NCBI RefSeq assembly: GCF_009914755.1
Contig: NC_060937.1
DNA length: 64,000 nucleotides
Strand: one strand, 5' to 3'
Source: the human T2T-CHM13v2.0 reference genome, Homo sapiens
Of this stretch, positions 1 to 10,953 are shown piece by piece. Position 1 is the stretch's first letter; every line of letters starts with the position of its first letter. The position numbers and the translations under genes were made by a program. Under the pieces are notes generated by a model. It saw only the letters and a program-made list of their open reading frames with translations, was not told the origin of the DNA and ran no database searches.

Positions 1-478
1 ATTTGGCAGACTGGAGTGAGAGATTCTCTTTGTTGGCTTGATAAAGTAAGCAGACATGGAGAGGAAGGCCACGAAACAAGAAACTGTGGGGTTCCTCTAG
101 GACCTAACTAACAGTGGCTCCAGCCAACACTTACCAAAAAGTGGGGCCATTCAGTCATATAGACACAAGGAACAATTAGGCTGGTGTAAAAGGAATTGTG
201 GTTTTGCCGTTACTTTTAAAAACCGCAATTCCTTTTGCACCAACCCAATGCATACCATGACCTGAATGAGTTCGGAAGTGAATCTTCCCTAGTCAAGCCT
301 CCACATGAGAACACAGCCCAGCCAACACCTTGGTTGCAGCATCCTGAGATCCTGGGCAGAAGGCCCAGATAGGTGATACCCAGACTCCTGACCCATGGAA
401 ACTGTGAGAGAATGAATAGATGTTGTTTTAAGCTTCTCAGTTTGTGATAATTTGTTAGGCAGAATCAGAACATTACTG
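1..478 (+). mobile_element. MaLR LTR fragment (old MLT1, H/J-like), interrupted by MADE1
   Basis: MLT1-type motifs: cagactcctgacccatggaaactgtgaga, tgttgttttaagc, tttgtgataatttgtt near the 3' end. Confidence 0.75.
176..248. mobile_element. MADE1 (Hsmar1-derived MITE)
   Basis: Palindromic ttaggctggtgtaaaaggaattgtggttttg...aaaaccgcaattccttttgcaccaacccaa matches the mariner TIR pair. Confidence 0.92.
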
Positions 479-639
479 CATTGTATGAGTTAAGGAACAT
501 TTGTAACAGTTTACCATTTTCTCCCTCTAGAAAATTTCTTCATCCTTTTTTATCTGTATCATTTCTTTCTGATTTTACTGTTTATTCTGCAAAAATTTAT
601 TCCTACTCTGGTATGTGAGCTAATCTCCTCTCAGCTCAC

Positions 640-1080
640 GTTCCCCTTAATGCTAATATTCCTCAGGGCTGCTCTCTCTGCACATGGTAGTGGCTTCTGG
701 ATTTGCATCTCTAACTCCAATTTCTTAAAATCCAAAGACACATATTTGTGATTTTTTAATGAACTCAACAATTCAACCTGAACATACCTAAACCATGATA
801 TACCTCCCGTACAACCTAACTAGAAATTAGACATCATCACTCAGTTTATCCCCCAGGCCAAATTTCCATAAGCAACCCTCTAGATCACTCCCTCTCTCTA
901 ATGTGCCTCATCCAAAAATTCTGATTAGCCATGAGTCAGTTGATTTTAAGGTGTAAGTGTCTCCATATCTTTCCCTCCTCCCTATCTCTACTGATAATAT
1001 CTTGGTGTGGAAAGTCATTCTTTACTGGACTATTTCAACAGCACCATAATGGGTCACAATATTCTCGGCTTGTTCCCAGT
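640..1080 (+). mobile_element. Degraded L2 fragment
   Basis: Pyrimidine-rich L2-like motifs (atttgcatctctaactcc, ctagaaattagacatcatc, tactggactatttcaacagc). Confidence 0.5.
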
Positions 1081-2440
1081 CAATAGTCAGCCCAGTATTT
1101 CTTGAGCATATACCATGTGATGCGGTCAGAGCTGAGAGTAGCTATGGAGTACAAGACACATCTGATGACACCTTTATGGAGCTCACTTCTCTACCATCCA
1201 AAGATGCTTATTGCTCATCAGGGAACTATAGTCTCACCTCTAAGCAGTGCTACCCAAGATGCTGGTCTAAAAGAGATGAGGAGCTTGAGTCAGGTTGTAA
1301 ATTAATGCATTACTATCTTCTTCAACAAAGTGTATTTTTTAGAAATCAGCTGAGCTAAATGAAGTGCACTTCATGAAGTCGTTGATTGACATTCTAGAGC
1401 AAGGTTCTTAACGTGTCTGAGGCCAGAACAAATGACCTGCAGACTGGAAGAGGATTCAGAGACAACACTTGGGTAGGAATGGTTCCATGCATCCCTCACT
1501 GTTGTTAAAATAACTTCTGTAAGAATTAATGATTTTTAATGCCTTTCTCTATAATTGAATTCAATGGCTCTCTTTCACTTATTAGATAATCTACAAAGTC
1601 CTATTATTAGCACAGAAAAGACCTTAATGAAATAGCCGTTGCCTCCCTCTCTATTCCTAACTTTATACAGTTTATTATGCGTCTATCATACGAAGCAATT
1701 TGTATTTTTTTTACTTTGACATTTTCTCTCCATTACATTGTAAATTATTTCTTCTATATAAAAAGTCTTTCACTTTCTTATCTCTTTGCTAAATGCTACC
1801 TTATTCTTTAAGATTCAGGCCTGATGCCAGCATTTCTATGAACTACATTCTGCCTCATAATATTTTGTATATACCTCCAGTTTAGATTTTATGCTATCTT
1901 TGAGGATAATTGTCACCATTCACTAGATTGAGTTCTTCAGAGGTGATAATTTTGTCTGAGTCATACATGTATACCCGGAGCATAGCACAATCCCTGGAGC
2001 TTGAAATATATGTGCAAAACAAAGCAAATTAGTCTTCATCTCAATATCTTCACTCTTGGAGCTATTTGTTTTCTAGGTATTCAGTGCTGTCATCCGGTAG
2101 TTAGCAGCAAAACATCCCATATATGTCTGTCTTGGAAAATTTATTTGTCTCAGAGATACTACATTAATGTAATAATAACAATAAAACCTAATTATTGAAA
2201 TTGCAATATTGTAGCACACTACTGGGAATGATATTTTTGTGGCTGATAGAATCTCATAAGTTACTTAAGCTATTGACTCATATCTGCCTGGCCGGTCCTG
2301 CCCATAGGGAAAGTTTACCTGGGTGATAGAAAGAGTAAAAAAAATATAGAGAGAAAGGAATAGATTTGGAGCAGAGGTGAGGACTCATTTGTCTCTGTTG
2401 TTTATTTTTCTTTCTTTCTTTTTTCTTCTGGAGGCACTGC

Positions 2441-2525
2441 CTTTTTTTAGTTCTTTTTTTATTATTATACTTTTAGTTCTGGGTACATGTGTACAATGTG
2501 CAGGTTTGTTACATAGGTATACATG
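2441..2525 (-). mobile_element. Extremely 5'-truncated L1PA 3' end (85 bp) with 13-bp TSD
   Basis: Poly-T then ttatacttttagttctgggtacatgtgtacaatgtgcaggtttgttacataggtatacatg; exact TSD ctggaggcactgc at 2428-2440 and 2526-2538. Confidence 0.92.
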
Positions 2526-3317
2526 CTGGAGGCACTGCTTTGACCTTTTCTCTGTTTACATCAGTAGGTTCTAGGTTGAAGAGTTTGAACTTCCCCAGGT
2601 AATGTGAGTGACACTTCTGATGAGAAGTCAGTTGCATACAAGGAGGTGTTTCTTCCTTTCTTGGTGTGTAGGGATTATTGCTGCACGGGGTTTCATTTAC
2701 TAATAACATACTCACCCCAATCACACTTGTTATGACCACACTTTTCTTTCTCAGTATAAGTAGAGTAAGTCTACCATTTTGTAATGATTATTCCACTATA
2801 ATCGTTACCTACTTCCTCCTTTTGCACTGTGAAACTTTCATGCTTCTCATATATCACTTCTCCACTGTACCAGGCAGAATAAATTGCTTTCTTCCAGTAA
2901 TTAGTCTTGGTGGAGAGAGAATAAACACTGTCTTTAAACAGAATACTTTGCAGCCTAACATTTTGTAGTAATTTGTTTTACCGATTTTGGTTACCTATGC
3001 ATATCCTTAAACAACTAGGCAATTGAATCAATTTAATGAGAAATATTAGTCAACCTAACTGTCTTTGAGTCACTAGCATCACAGTGGAATGCTTTAGATC
3101 ATTTGGTTTTAAAAGAAAGGAATGAAATAAGAATGTCAATCAATAACCAGATATCTTTTCACTTATGTGAATTGATTCACTTTACCCAATTGATCCACAG
3201 ATCTCTTATTCATGAATAAATTACAATGTTTTAAAAGAAAATAATTCTATGACAATGAACTAAAGCAAAATGATACCTTTATTCAGGATTAAATCCATTT
3301 GAAAGAATAAAATTTAT

Positions 3318-3590
3318 GGCCACATATTTTATGATTTCATTTATATGAAATGTCCAGAATGGATAAATCTACAGAGACAGAAAGTAGATTAGTGTTCGTG
3401 TGGAGCTTAGGGAAGAAGAAAATAGGGAATCACTGCTAATGGGTGGGGTGTTTCTTTGGGATAATGAGAATGTTCTGGAATTGGATTGTGGTGATGGTCG
3501 CAAACCTCTGAATGTACCGAAACTACTGAATTCTATATGTTAAAAGGGTGAATTTTATGGTGTGTGAATGATATCTCCATAAACAATAAT
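3318..3590 (+). mobile_element. L1MB 3' end
   Basis: atgaaatgtccagaat...acagaaagtagattagtg...gtgaattttatggtgtgtgaatgatatctc. Confidence 0.85.
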
Positions 3591-4132
3591 ATATAGAGAT
3601 GGTGTTATCTATATTGTATTTCAATTTCAATGTACCTCTGTATTGAAAGCACAGTATTTTTTTTTCTGACTATGCCCATTGTTTCAAGAACAGAAACATT
3701 GACATTTTCTAGTTGATGAGATATCTTTAATTTATAGAGTATCAGATTTAGGAGTTCTTTATTGGCTAACACTTTAATTTTTAGTTTTTAATAGAGATAT
3801 CTGTCCCTGAATAAATTTGCTAAGATTTCCCCTGACTGGCTGCACATCCTGGCTCAGCTTCCTGCCCCTCCCTGCAGCTGCACGGGCAGCTCTGGCTGGT
3901 CTCAGAGCAGAGCAGTAGGGTCTGCGAGGCACTGAGAGACAACATCAGAAGCTCAGACCCTCCTCCTCCTCTGAGAGAAACATAGCCCATTAATGCATGC
4001 CTACTTAAAGTAATAGTGTATCCCTGATGTTCTACTTACTGCTCATGTAGTGTCTACAACTACAGAAGGAACTCCATCCAGTCTCCCAGTCACTTATTGA
4101 ATGACTTTCCTCAGTCTTAACAGTAATAAATA

Positions 4133-4236
4133 AGACTGAGGAAGGAGGATCATTTGGAAGCCAGGAGTTCAAGACCACCCTAGACCCCATCTCTACAAAA
4201 ACTTAAAACAATTTAAAAAATTAAACAATAATAAAT
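4133..4236 (+). mobile_element. Truncated Alu monomer (FLAM/AluJ-like)
   Basis: gactgaggaaggaggatcattt...ccaggagttcaagacc...ccccatctctacaaaa followed by an A-rich tail. Confidence 0.75.
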
Positions 4237-5674
4237 AAACATTACGCAAAGAAACATACAAACCAAGAAACCCTCCATGGGCATTTTTACTATGCTGCTT
4301 TCACATGATTCACCACCAACGTCATGCGAACAGCTGATTCTGCTATAAATCAAGTCTTATAGTGCAGATATCCTGGTAAAATGATTATTTTTAAAAAGTG
4401 AAAAGACTTTTGAGCCCAGATTAATTGCACAACTCACTTATTTTTAGCCTTTCTCGAATCGATAAACTTCTATTTAATGATCACTTAGACATTTTCTTTA
4501 AAAGATTATTTAACAAGGGCTTGTCTATACTTACAACCTGTATTTGCAATCAGTTTATGAAAAGATGTGGTGAGTGGCCCAGTAGCCCCTGATTAGTGGC
4601 TGGCAAGTCCAGCAGGTTTGTGCTGTTGTACACAGATGAACAAGACCAAGAACAAACGACATATTCAGATTTTTCTCTCCTCAAAAGGCAACATAAAAGA
4701 TTCAATGAGCCTGTTTTGACTGTTACTAATAAATACCTTGATTATAAATTTTTAAAAATGTGTTGTACAAAAATTGTAAAATTCTTATACCTAAGTACAT
4801 GAACAAGCCAGGCAATTGAAATATTAATTACAAAATATTTTTTAAAAGAATATGATAAAAAAAGAGACACTTTAAACATTAGTATGTTCCTACTACTAGA
4901 TAAGATCTTTTTGGTTTCCTGTTGACTTGAATTTAAAAGGAGACTTTAAATATAAAACATGCACAGGAGAAGTTCTTGCTACTATAATGAAATCAGCTCC
5001 TTTTTATGTAGAAACTGATAAGTCTTTTGCTAGATTGTCTGTACCTGCTGTCTTAGGTGAATTATATTTTAGTTCAGCATTCTTTATAAGCTGCAGGAAA
5101 AAATGGGTATTTTATCATAATCTGTGCTGGCCATAGCTATTAGTTTTTTTTGTAAACCTGAATCCAGGACTTAGCATATATTTTGTCATCTGATGAAAAA
5201 TGTTTAAAAGAGATAAGGAAATGAAAAGAAATGTAAATTAGATTTATTGTGTGAAAGACAATTATTCTTTTATTTTTATAATATATTCAGACTCTGCGTG
5301 GAGAGGAAACTAATTTTAGCTGAATTCTTAAGAGAGAAAAGGCACCAGCAAAGCTTCTTAAATTAGAAAAAATCCTAAAATATACAACTTCTTTCTCTAA
5401 TCCAGAATTTGTTAGACTTATTTGACTATTAATACCAACTGATGGTAATCAATACTTGCATACTCTTTTCATTTTTAAATGGTTTTACTCCTTTGTTCTG
5501 CTTATGGTTGTCTCTGAATTAAAATTTTAGAAATATTCTACAGAGATGCACTGTCTATTTCCCTGCTATTTATTTATTTATTAAGGCCAAGCATTAATCA
5601 ATCCATCCTAGTTGAACAAAGGCACTTATTTGTTCTCAGAAACACAGCACCGGCAGGGCATGTGTCTCCTAGCA

Positions 5675-6230
5675 CAGCAGTCCCCAACCTTTTTGGGACC
5701 AGGGGCCAGTTTGGGGGAGGACAATTTTTCCACAGACTGGGAGTTGTGGGGATGGTTTCACAATGATTTAATTGCATTGCATTTATTGTGCACTTTATTT
5801 CTATTACTATTACATTGTAATATATAGTGAAACAATTATACAACTCACCAGAATGTAGAACCAATGAAAGATTCTATACAGTTCTAGAATGTAGAAGCCC
5901 TGAGTTTGTTTTCCTGCAACTGGATGGTCTTATCTCAGGATGAGAGGAGACAGTGACAGATCATCAGGCATTAGATTCTCACAAGGGGCATGCAACCTAG
6001 ATCCCTCACATGTGCAGCTGACATCAGAATTTCAGCTCCTGTGAGAATCTAATGCCAGGGCGGATCTCACAGGTGGTGGAGCTCAGGTGGTTATGTGAGC
6101 AATGGGGAGCGGCTGTAAATACAGATGACCCTTGGCTCGCTGGCCTGCCACTCACCTCCTGCTGTGTGGCCTGGTTCCTAGTAGGCCATGGAACTGTACC
6201 AGTTCATGGCCTGGGTGTTGGGGATCCCTG
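5675..6230 (+). mobile_element. MER1A (hAT-Charlie)
   Basis: TIRs cagcagtccccaacc / gttggggatccctg; internal gatcatcaggcattagattctc; degenerate 8-bp TSD tcctagca/tcctaatg. Confidence 0.85.
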
Positions 6231-6432
6231 TCCTAATGGGTGTTCCAAGAGACATAAAATAGTTGCTTCTTAGGAGCAAAGGATTCAGAGATCAACTCTG
6301 CCAGGAACTGTGGAGCTCAAGAGTGAATCAGATGCACTTTGCAGCGGGCTTGGACAGCAATGGGGCCATGGGGGAGCAGCAGCAGAGGCTAAGACACCCC
6401 TCCAAGAGAATGGGAGAGTTTTGAGGAAAGAT

Positions 6433-6515
6433 CGTGTCTCATTAACTCCTGCATCCTCAGTGCCTAGAATAGTGTTTGGAACATGTCAGGTGCTCAGTAA
6501 ATATTCATGGAATTA
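6433..6515 (+). mobile_element. L2 3' end fragment
   Basis: tcctcagtgcctagaatagtg...aggtgctcagtaaatatt. Confidence 0.65.
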
Positions 6516-7124
6516 ATAATATCTTTGGGCAAATTATATTTTTGAAAAGATTAAGAAAATCTTTGGTGTACTATTATTTAAATACATAATGGAATCATTT
6601 GATAGAGAACAGACATCAAAATTCCCTATGCTAGAAATGTGGGACAAAGCTCTTCTTTTCTCTGTGAGCTCTCTTTTTCTTGTTTATGTAATGGTTCTTT
6701 GAGTGGTTTTATGATTGCTAAGACACAGGAAAAAGCAGTTGCCTAATGATTACCCATAGTTTTCCAATTTGGGGGCTAATACTACTAAAACCATGTTGTT
6801 TTGAGGTGTTTTTAACCTAATCTTTTTTTTACAAAAACAACTCTTTTTGCCACTCCAGTATGTGGTTTTATTTGTGTTTATGGGAAATCAACAGGAAGTC
6901 AAAACCACGTTTCTGCTGTGGTATCTATTCACCTTTTGGAACTATTGAATAAAGTGATTTTTTCTATTTATTTAAAAATAAATGGATGGTTAACCCTTTT
7001 AAAGATAATTCTGGTTGCAGAAGCATATTAAAGATGTATGCAGTTAAATACCATTTAATACTAGTTGCATTCAAATGGCCATTTGACTTGGGGATATTTA
7101 TGGTTCATTGGTTCTGATTATGCT

Positions 7125-7271
7125 GACTTTTAATATTTCCTAATTCAGCCTTAGTGTACTCTACTAAGTACTAAACTTTTAATATTTCATAATTCAGGCT
7201 TAGTGCACCCTACTGAGTACTAGACGTTTAACATTTCTTAATTCAGCATTAGTGCACTGTATTAAGTACTA
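7125..7271. repeat. 49-bp tandem repeat, 3 copies
   Basis: Units start at 7125, 7174 and 7223; unit 1 is gacttttaatatttcctaattcagccttagtgtactctactaagtacta. Confidence 0.92.
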
Positions 7272-8194
7272 GTGTAGTTGGTGGAGGCAAATTTGCATGC
7301 AGGACACACTTTCAAGGGATTCTGGAAAATGTGATTTTAGCCTTCTTACCTTTCTAAAAAGAAGTTTGGAATGGAGTTTCAAAGAGCCAATCCAGTCATC
7401 AAACACATTCATCATTAACTGATTGAGAGACAATTGCCTCCAACTCCAGGCATCACCTCTGTGTCCAAGGCAAGATGAAAGTGCAAGGCCCAGTGAAGTC
7501 CCAACTGTCATTTGTCTTTCCCTGATACCACATCCCATTTCCCAGCAGTGTCCTGCCTATACTTCATTACTCATAAAGGTCTCATAAGGCCACATCTAGC
7601 TGCAAAGGAGGAAGACAGAGGGCAGGAGCTCTGAAATGCCTTGACCAGGCAATATGTAGTGCCTGCTTTATCCACTTAAGTGTCATTCAAGAATCAAAAT
7701 AAAGAATACTTTCAAGAACTCATGCTTTTAGGGACCACACAGTCTTATTGAAAAAAGAGCACTTGATAATAAAATCAGCTATTTAAGAGATGAATGAAGA
7801 TGCTCGGCTTACGGGATTAATGGTACATGTTGAATCCAGTATTAAAGAAAGGTATGGAGCAGGAAATAAATGGTGTAAATAACATAACACCAAATCAACT
7901 CAGGCGGCAGTAGGAAAGAGAAGAGGAGTGGAAGAGAGAAGTGTAAATATTTGTATCTCTAATTGTGAGGAGTCAAAAGAATCACCTAAAGATAATAACT
8001 TAATTGAAGTTTAAGAGCATAAATAAATTAAAAAACAAATTGTAATAACATAATCAAATATATTACTGATATAGGGAAGATGAAAGGAAAAAAGAATAAT
8101 TTATGATTTTTTAATAACTTCATCTGGAACTTAAAGAAAAGCAGAGGTGAATATATCTTTAGTTCTTACTATTGTTCACCAGTGTCCACCGCTG

Positions 8195-9112
8195 TTTTTT
8201 TTTTTTTTTGTTGTTGTTTTTTTACTTTAAGTTCTGGGATACTTGTGCAGAATGTGCAGGTTTGTTACATAGGTATACATGTACCATGGTGGTTTGCTGC
8301 ACCTATCAACCCGTCATGTAGGTTTTAAGCCTCATATGCCTTAGGTATTTGTCCTAACGCTCTTCCTCCCCTTGCCCCCCACCTCCCAACAGGCCCCTGT
8401 GTGTGATGTTCCCCTCCCTGTGTCCATGTGTTCTCATTGTTCAACTCGCACTTATGAGTGAGAGCAGTGTTTAGTTTCCTGTTCCTGTGTTAGTTTGCTG
8501 AGAATGATGGCTTTCAGCTTCATCTATGTCCCCACAAAGAACATGAACTCATTCTTTTTTATGGCTGCATAATATTCCATGGTGTATATGTGCCACATTT
8601 TCTTCATGCAGTCTGTCACTGATGGGCATTTGGGTTGTTTCTAAGTCTTTGCTATTGTAAATAGTGCGGCAATAAACATAGGTGTGCAGTGTCTGTATAG
8701 AATGATTTATAATCCTTTGGATATATTCTCAGTAATGGGATTGCTGGATCAAATGGTATTTCTGGTTCTAGACCCTGGAAGAATCGCCACACTGTCTTCC
8801 ACAATGGTTGAACTAATTTACACTCCCACTAACAATGTAAAAGCGTTTCTATTTCTCCACAGCCTCGCCAGCATCTGTTGTTTCCTGACTTTTAAATAAT
8901 CGCCATTCTAACTGGTGTGAGATGATATCTCATTATGGTTTTGTTTTGCATTTCTGTAATGACCAGTGATGATGAGCTTTTTTTCATATATTTGTTGGCC
9001 ACATAAATGTCTTCTTTTGAGAAGTGTCTGTTCATATCCTTCACCCACTTTTTGATGGGGTTATTAATTTTTTTTCTTGTAAATTTGTTTAAGTTCCTTA
9101 TAGATTCTGGAT
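8195..9112 (-). mobile_element. L1PA (about PA8-PA13) 3' end, 5'-truncated
   Basis: Poly-T, L1 3'UTR (ctttaagttctgggatac...gtttgttacataggtatac) and ORF2 C-terminal peptide NPIKKWVKDMNRHFSKEDI. Confidence 0.93.
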
Positions 9113-9292
9113 TTTTTAAAAGTATTGCACACATATTATTAACATTTAAAAAGAAATTTTTAAGACAAAATAAACCTAGACTATATTCCTTCTAAACACA
9201 TAGAAGCAAGGCACACACACAAGCCCCAAATTAAAAACATAGAGAAAAATGGAGAAAAAGAGAAAAATTTGAATAATTAATAAAAAGGAAAT

Positions 9293-9567
9293 GGCTTTGG
9301 GAGCCTGAGGGCAGAGGATCACTTGAGGCCAGGAGTTCAAGAGCAACCTGGGCAACATAGCAAGACCCTGTCTCTACAAAAAATTAAGAAAGAAATTAGG
9401 GAGGTGTGGTAGCCCTACCTGCAGTGCCAACTACTTGGGAGACTGAGGCAGGAGGATCACTTGAGCCCAGGAGTTTGAGGCTGCGGTGAGATGTGATGGT
9501 GCCACTGCATTCTATCCTGGATGACAGAGCAAGACTCTGTCTAAGAAAAAAAAAGAAAGAAACAAAA
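9293..9567 (+). mobile_element. AluJ
   Basis: Dimeric Alu with J-type ggatcacttgagcccaggagtttgaggctgcggtgag; A tail. Confidence 0.9.
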
Positions 9568-10224
9568 ATAGGAAATGTAAAAAATATACAGCAAAGAAGA
9601 CAAAGCTGAGATCAAAGTCACTTGTCATATCCATAAATGTAGATGAGATAAAACAAAAAAATTAAAGGAAAACTTTTCTGACTTTATCAAATACAGAAGC
9701 CAAACATTTGCACACAAAACAATGAATTCTAGAACATACTTATAAATAAATACTGAGGATAAAAGGAAAGAAAAAGAATTAACAGATAAACGTATACAAA
9801 ATGAATTCAGGTATTGTAAGATTAAGTCATGCATGGTTAAATACAAGGCAAAAATACTAAAAGACATAAAGAGATACTTTATGTTGATGAATGTTCAATA
9901 TAAGATAAAGATTTACAACCATCATGAATCCAGTGCCACCAATATTGTACATGTTGTACACTGAATTCCAAGAAAACGTCTCTTTCAAGTGTTGTGCTGT
10001 GGGCTCTGATACATGTGAGATTTTATTTTGGGTACTGCGTACAGTGAGAGAGACAGAAGACAGGAGACTTAACCTAGGGCCATCCTAGGTTGGAAGTCTC
10101 ATGAGAACTCCTTGAACAGAGCTGGTCCCAAAGAGTTAGCACTACTCTTTGTACAGGAAAGCAATAAATAAACCTGCTGCAAAGGGTGCAGGAAGGAAAC
10201 TCACTTGTCATAACTTCAGCATTG

Positions 10225-10300
10225 AGTGACCACATAATTTATCCTCCAAACTGGGACATTTTTGAAGGGAAAGACACACTTCTTATAATTGCACTACAAC
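10225..10300 (+). mobile_element. MER94-like (hAT-Blackjack) fragment
   Basis: gtgaccacataatttatcctccaaactgggacatttttga resembles the MER94 terminus. Confidence 0.55.
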
Positions 10301-10953
10301 AAAGTCTGGGATAGGAACAGAAATAGTCTGAGAATTCATAACCACAGTACAGTTCTTAAGCCACTTTTTCAACACAAATTCACATTATCTGCATGTCTGT
10401 GAAAAACCTATGCAAACAATTTAACTTAAAGTAGTCTCAAGGAAGTAGTAATCCTTGGAGCCTGGCAAAACAAATACCATTCCTCTTCAAGGAATACAAC
10501 TCTAAAACAGGCCTAAAAGGATTTTCACAGAAAAAGTTGAATATGAGCTTGAGGAAAAATATCAGGAAACATGCAAGGAATAAAATACAATTTGAGTGAA
10601 AGCAGCAGAAATCCCAACTGTAGAATGAGCCCCTTATTCAAACAATTAAGTAACTCCACAGAATTCAAGACAAAGAGGCAAATATAAAAGCTTCAATTAA
10701 TTACCAAACTCTGTAACATACAATTTAATAATTGGTCATTTGTGTAGCTACAATTAAGTAATTAGCTTAAACACAATAGATGAGAAAAATACATAAAATA
10801 AAAACAATGGCAAATAAATACAAAAATAAATGAAAATAGTTATATGTGATTACATTGCTAAACACTAAGCTAATAATTTGAAAATCAGATTAAATGATAC
10901 TTATTAGGGAAGATTAAATGTCTAAAATTGATCTTGAAAATATTTAAAATCTA

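Noticed and set aside
2077-2598. Possible plus-strand terminal exon (2077, VFSAVIR-stop, AATAAA at 2180) and 24-nt microexon (2575-2598, VEEFELPQ)
   Set aside because: I recognise neither peptide, competing AGs weaken the second acceptor, and there is no supporting exon chain; RNA evidence would be needed
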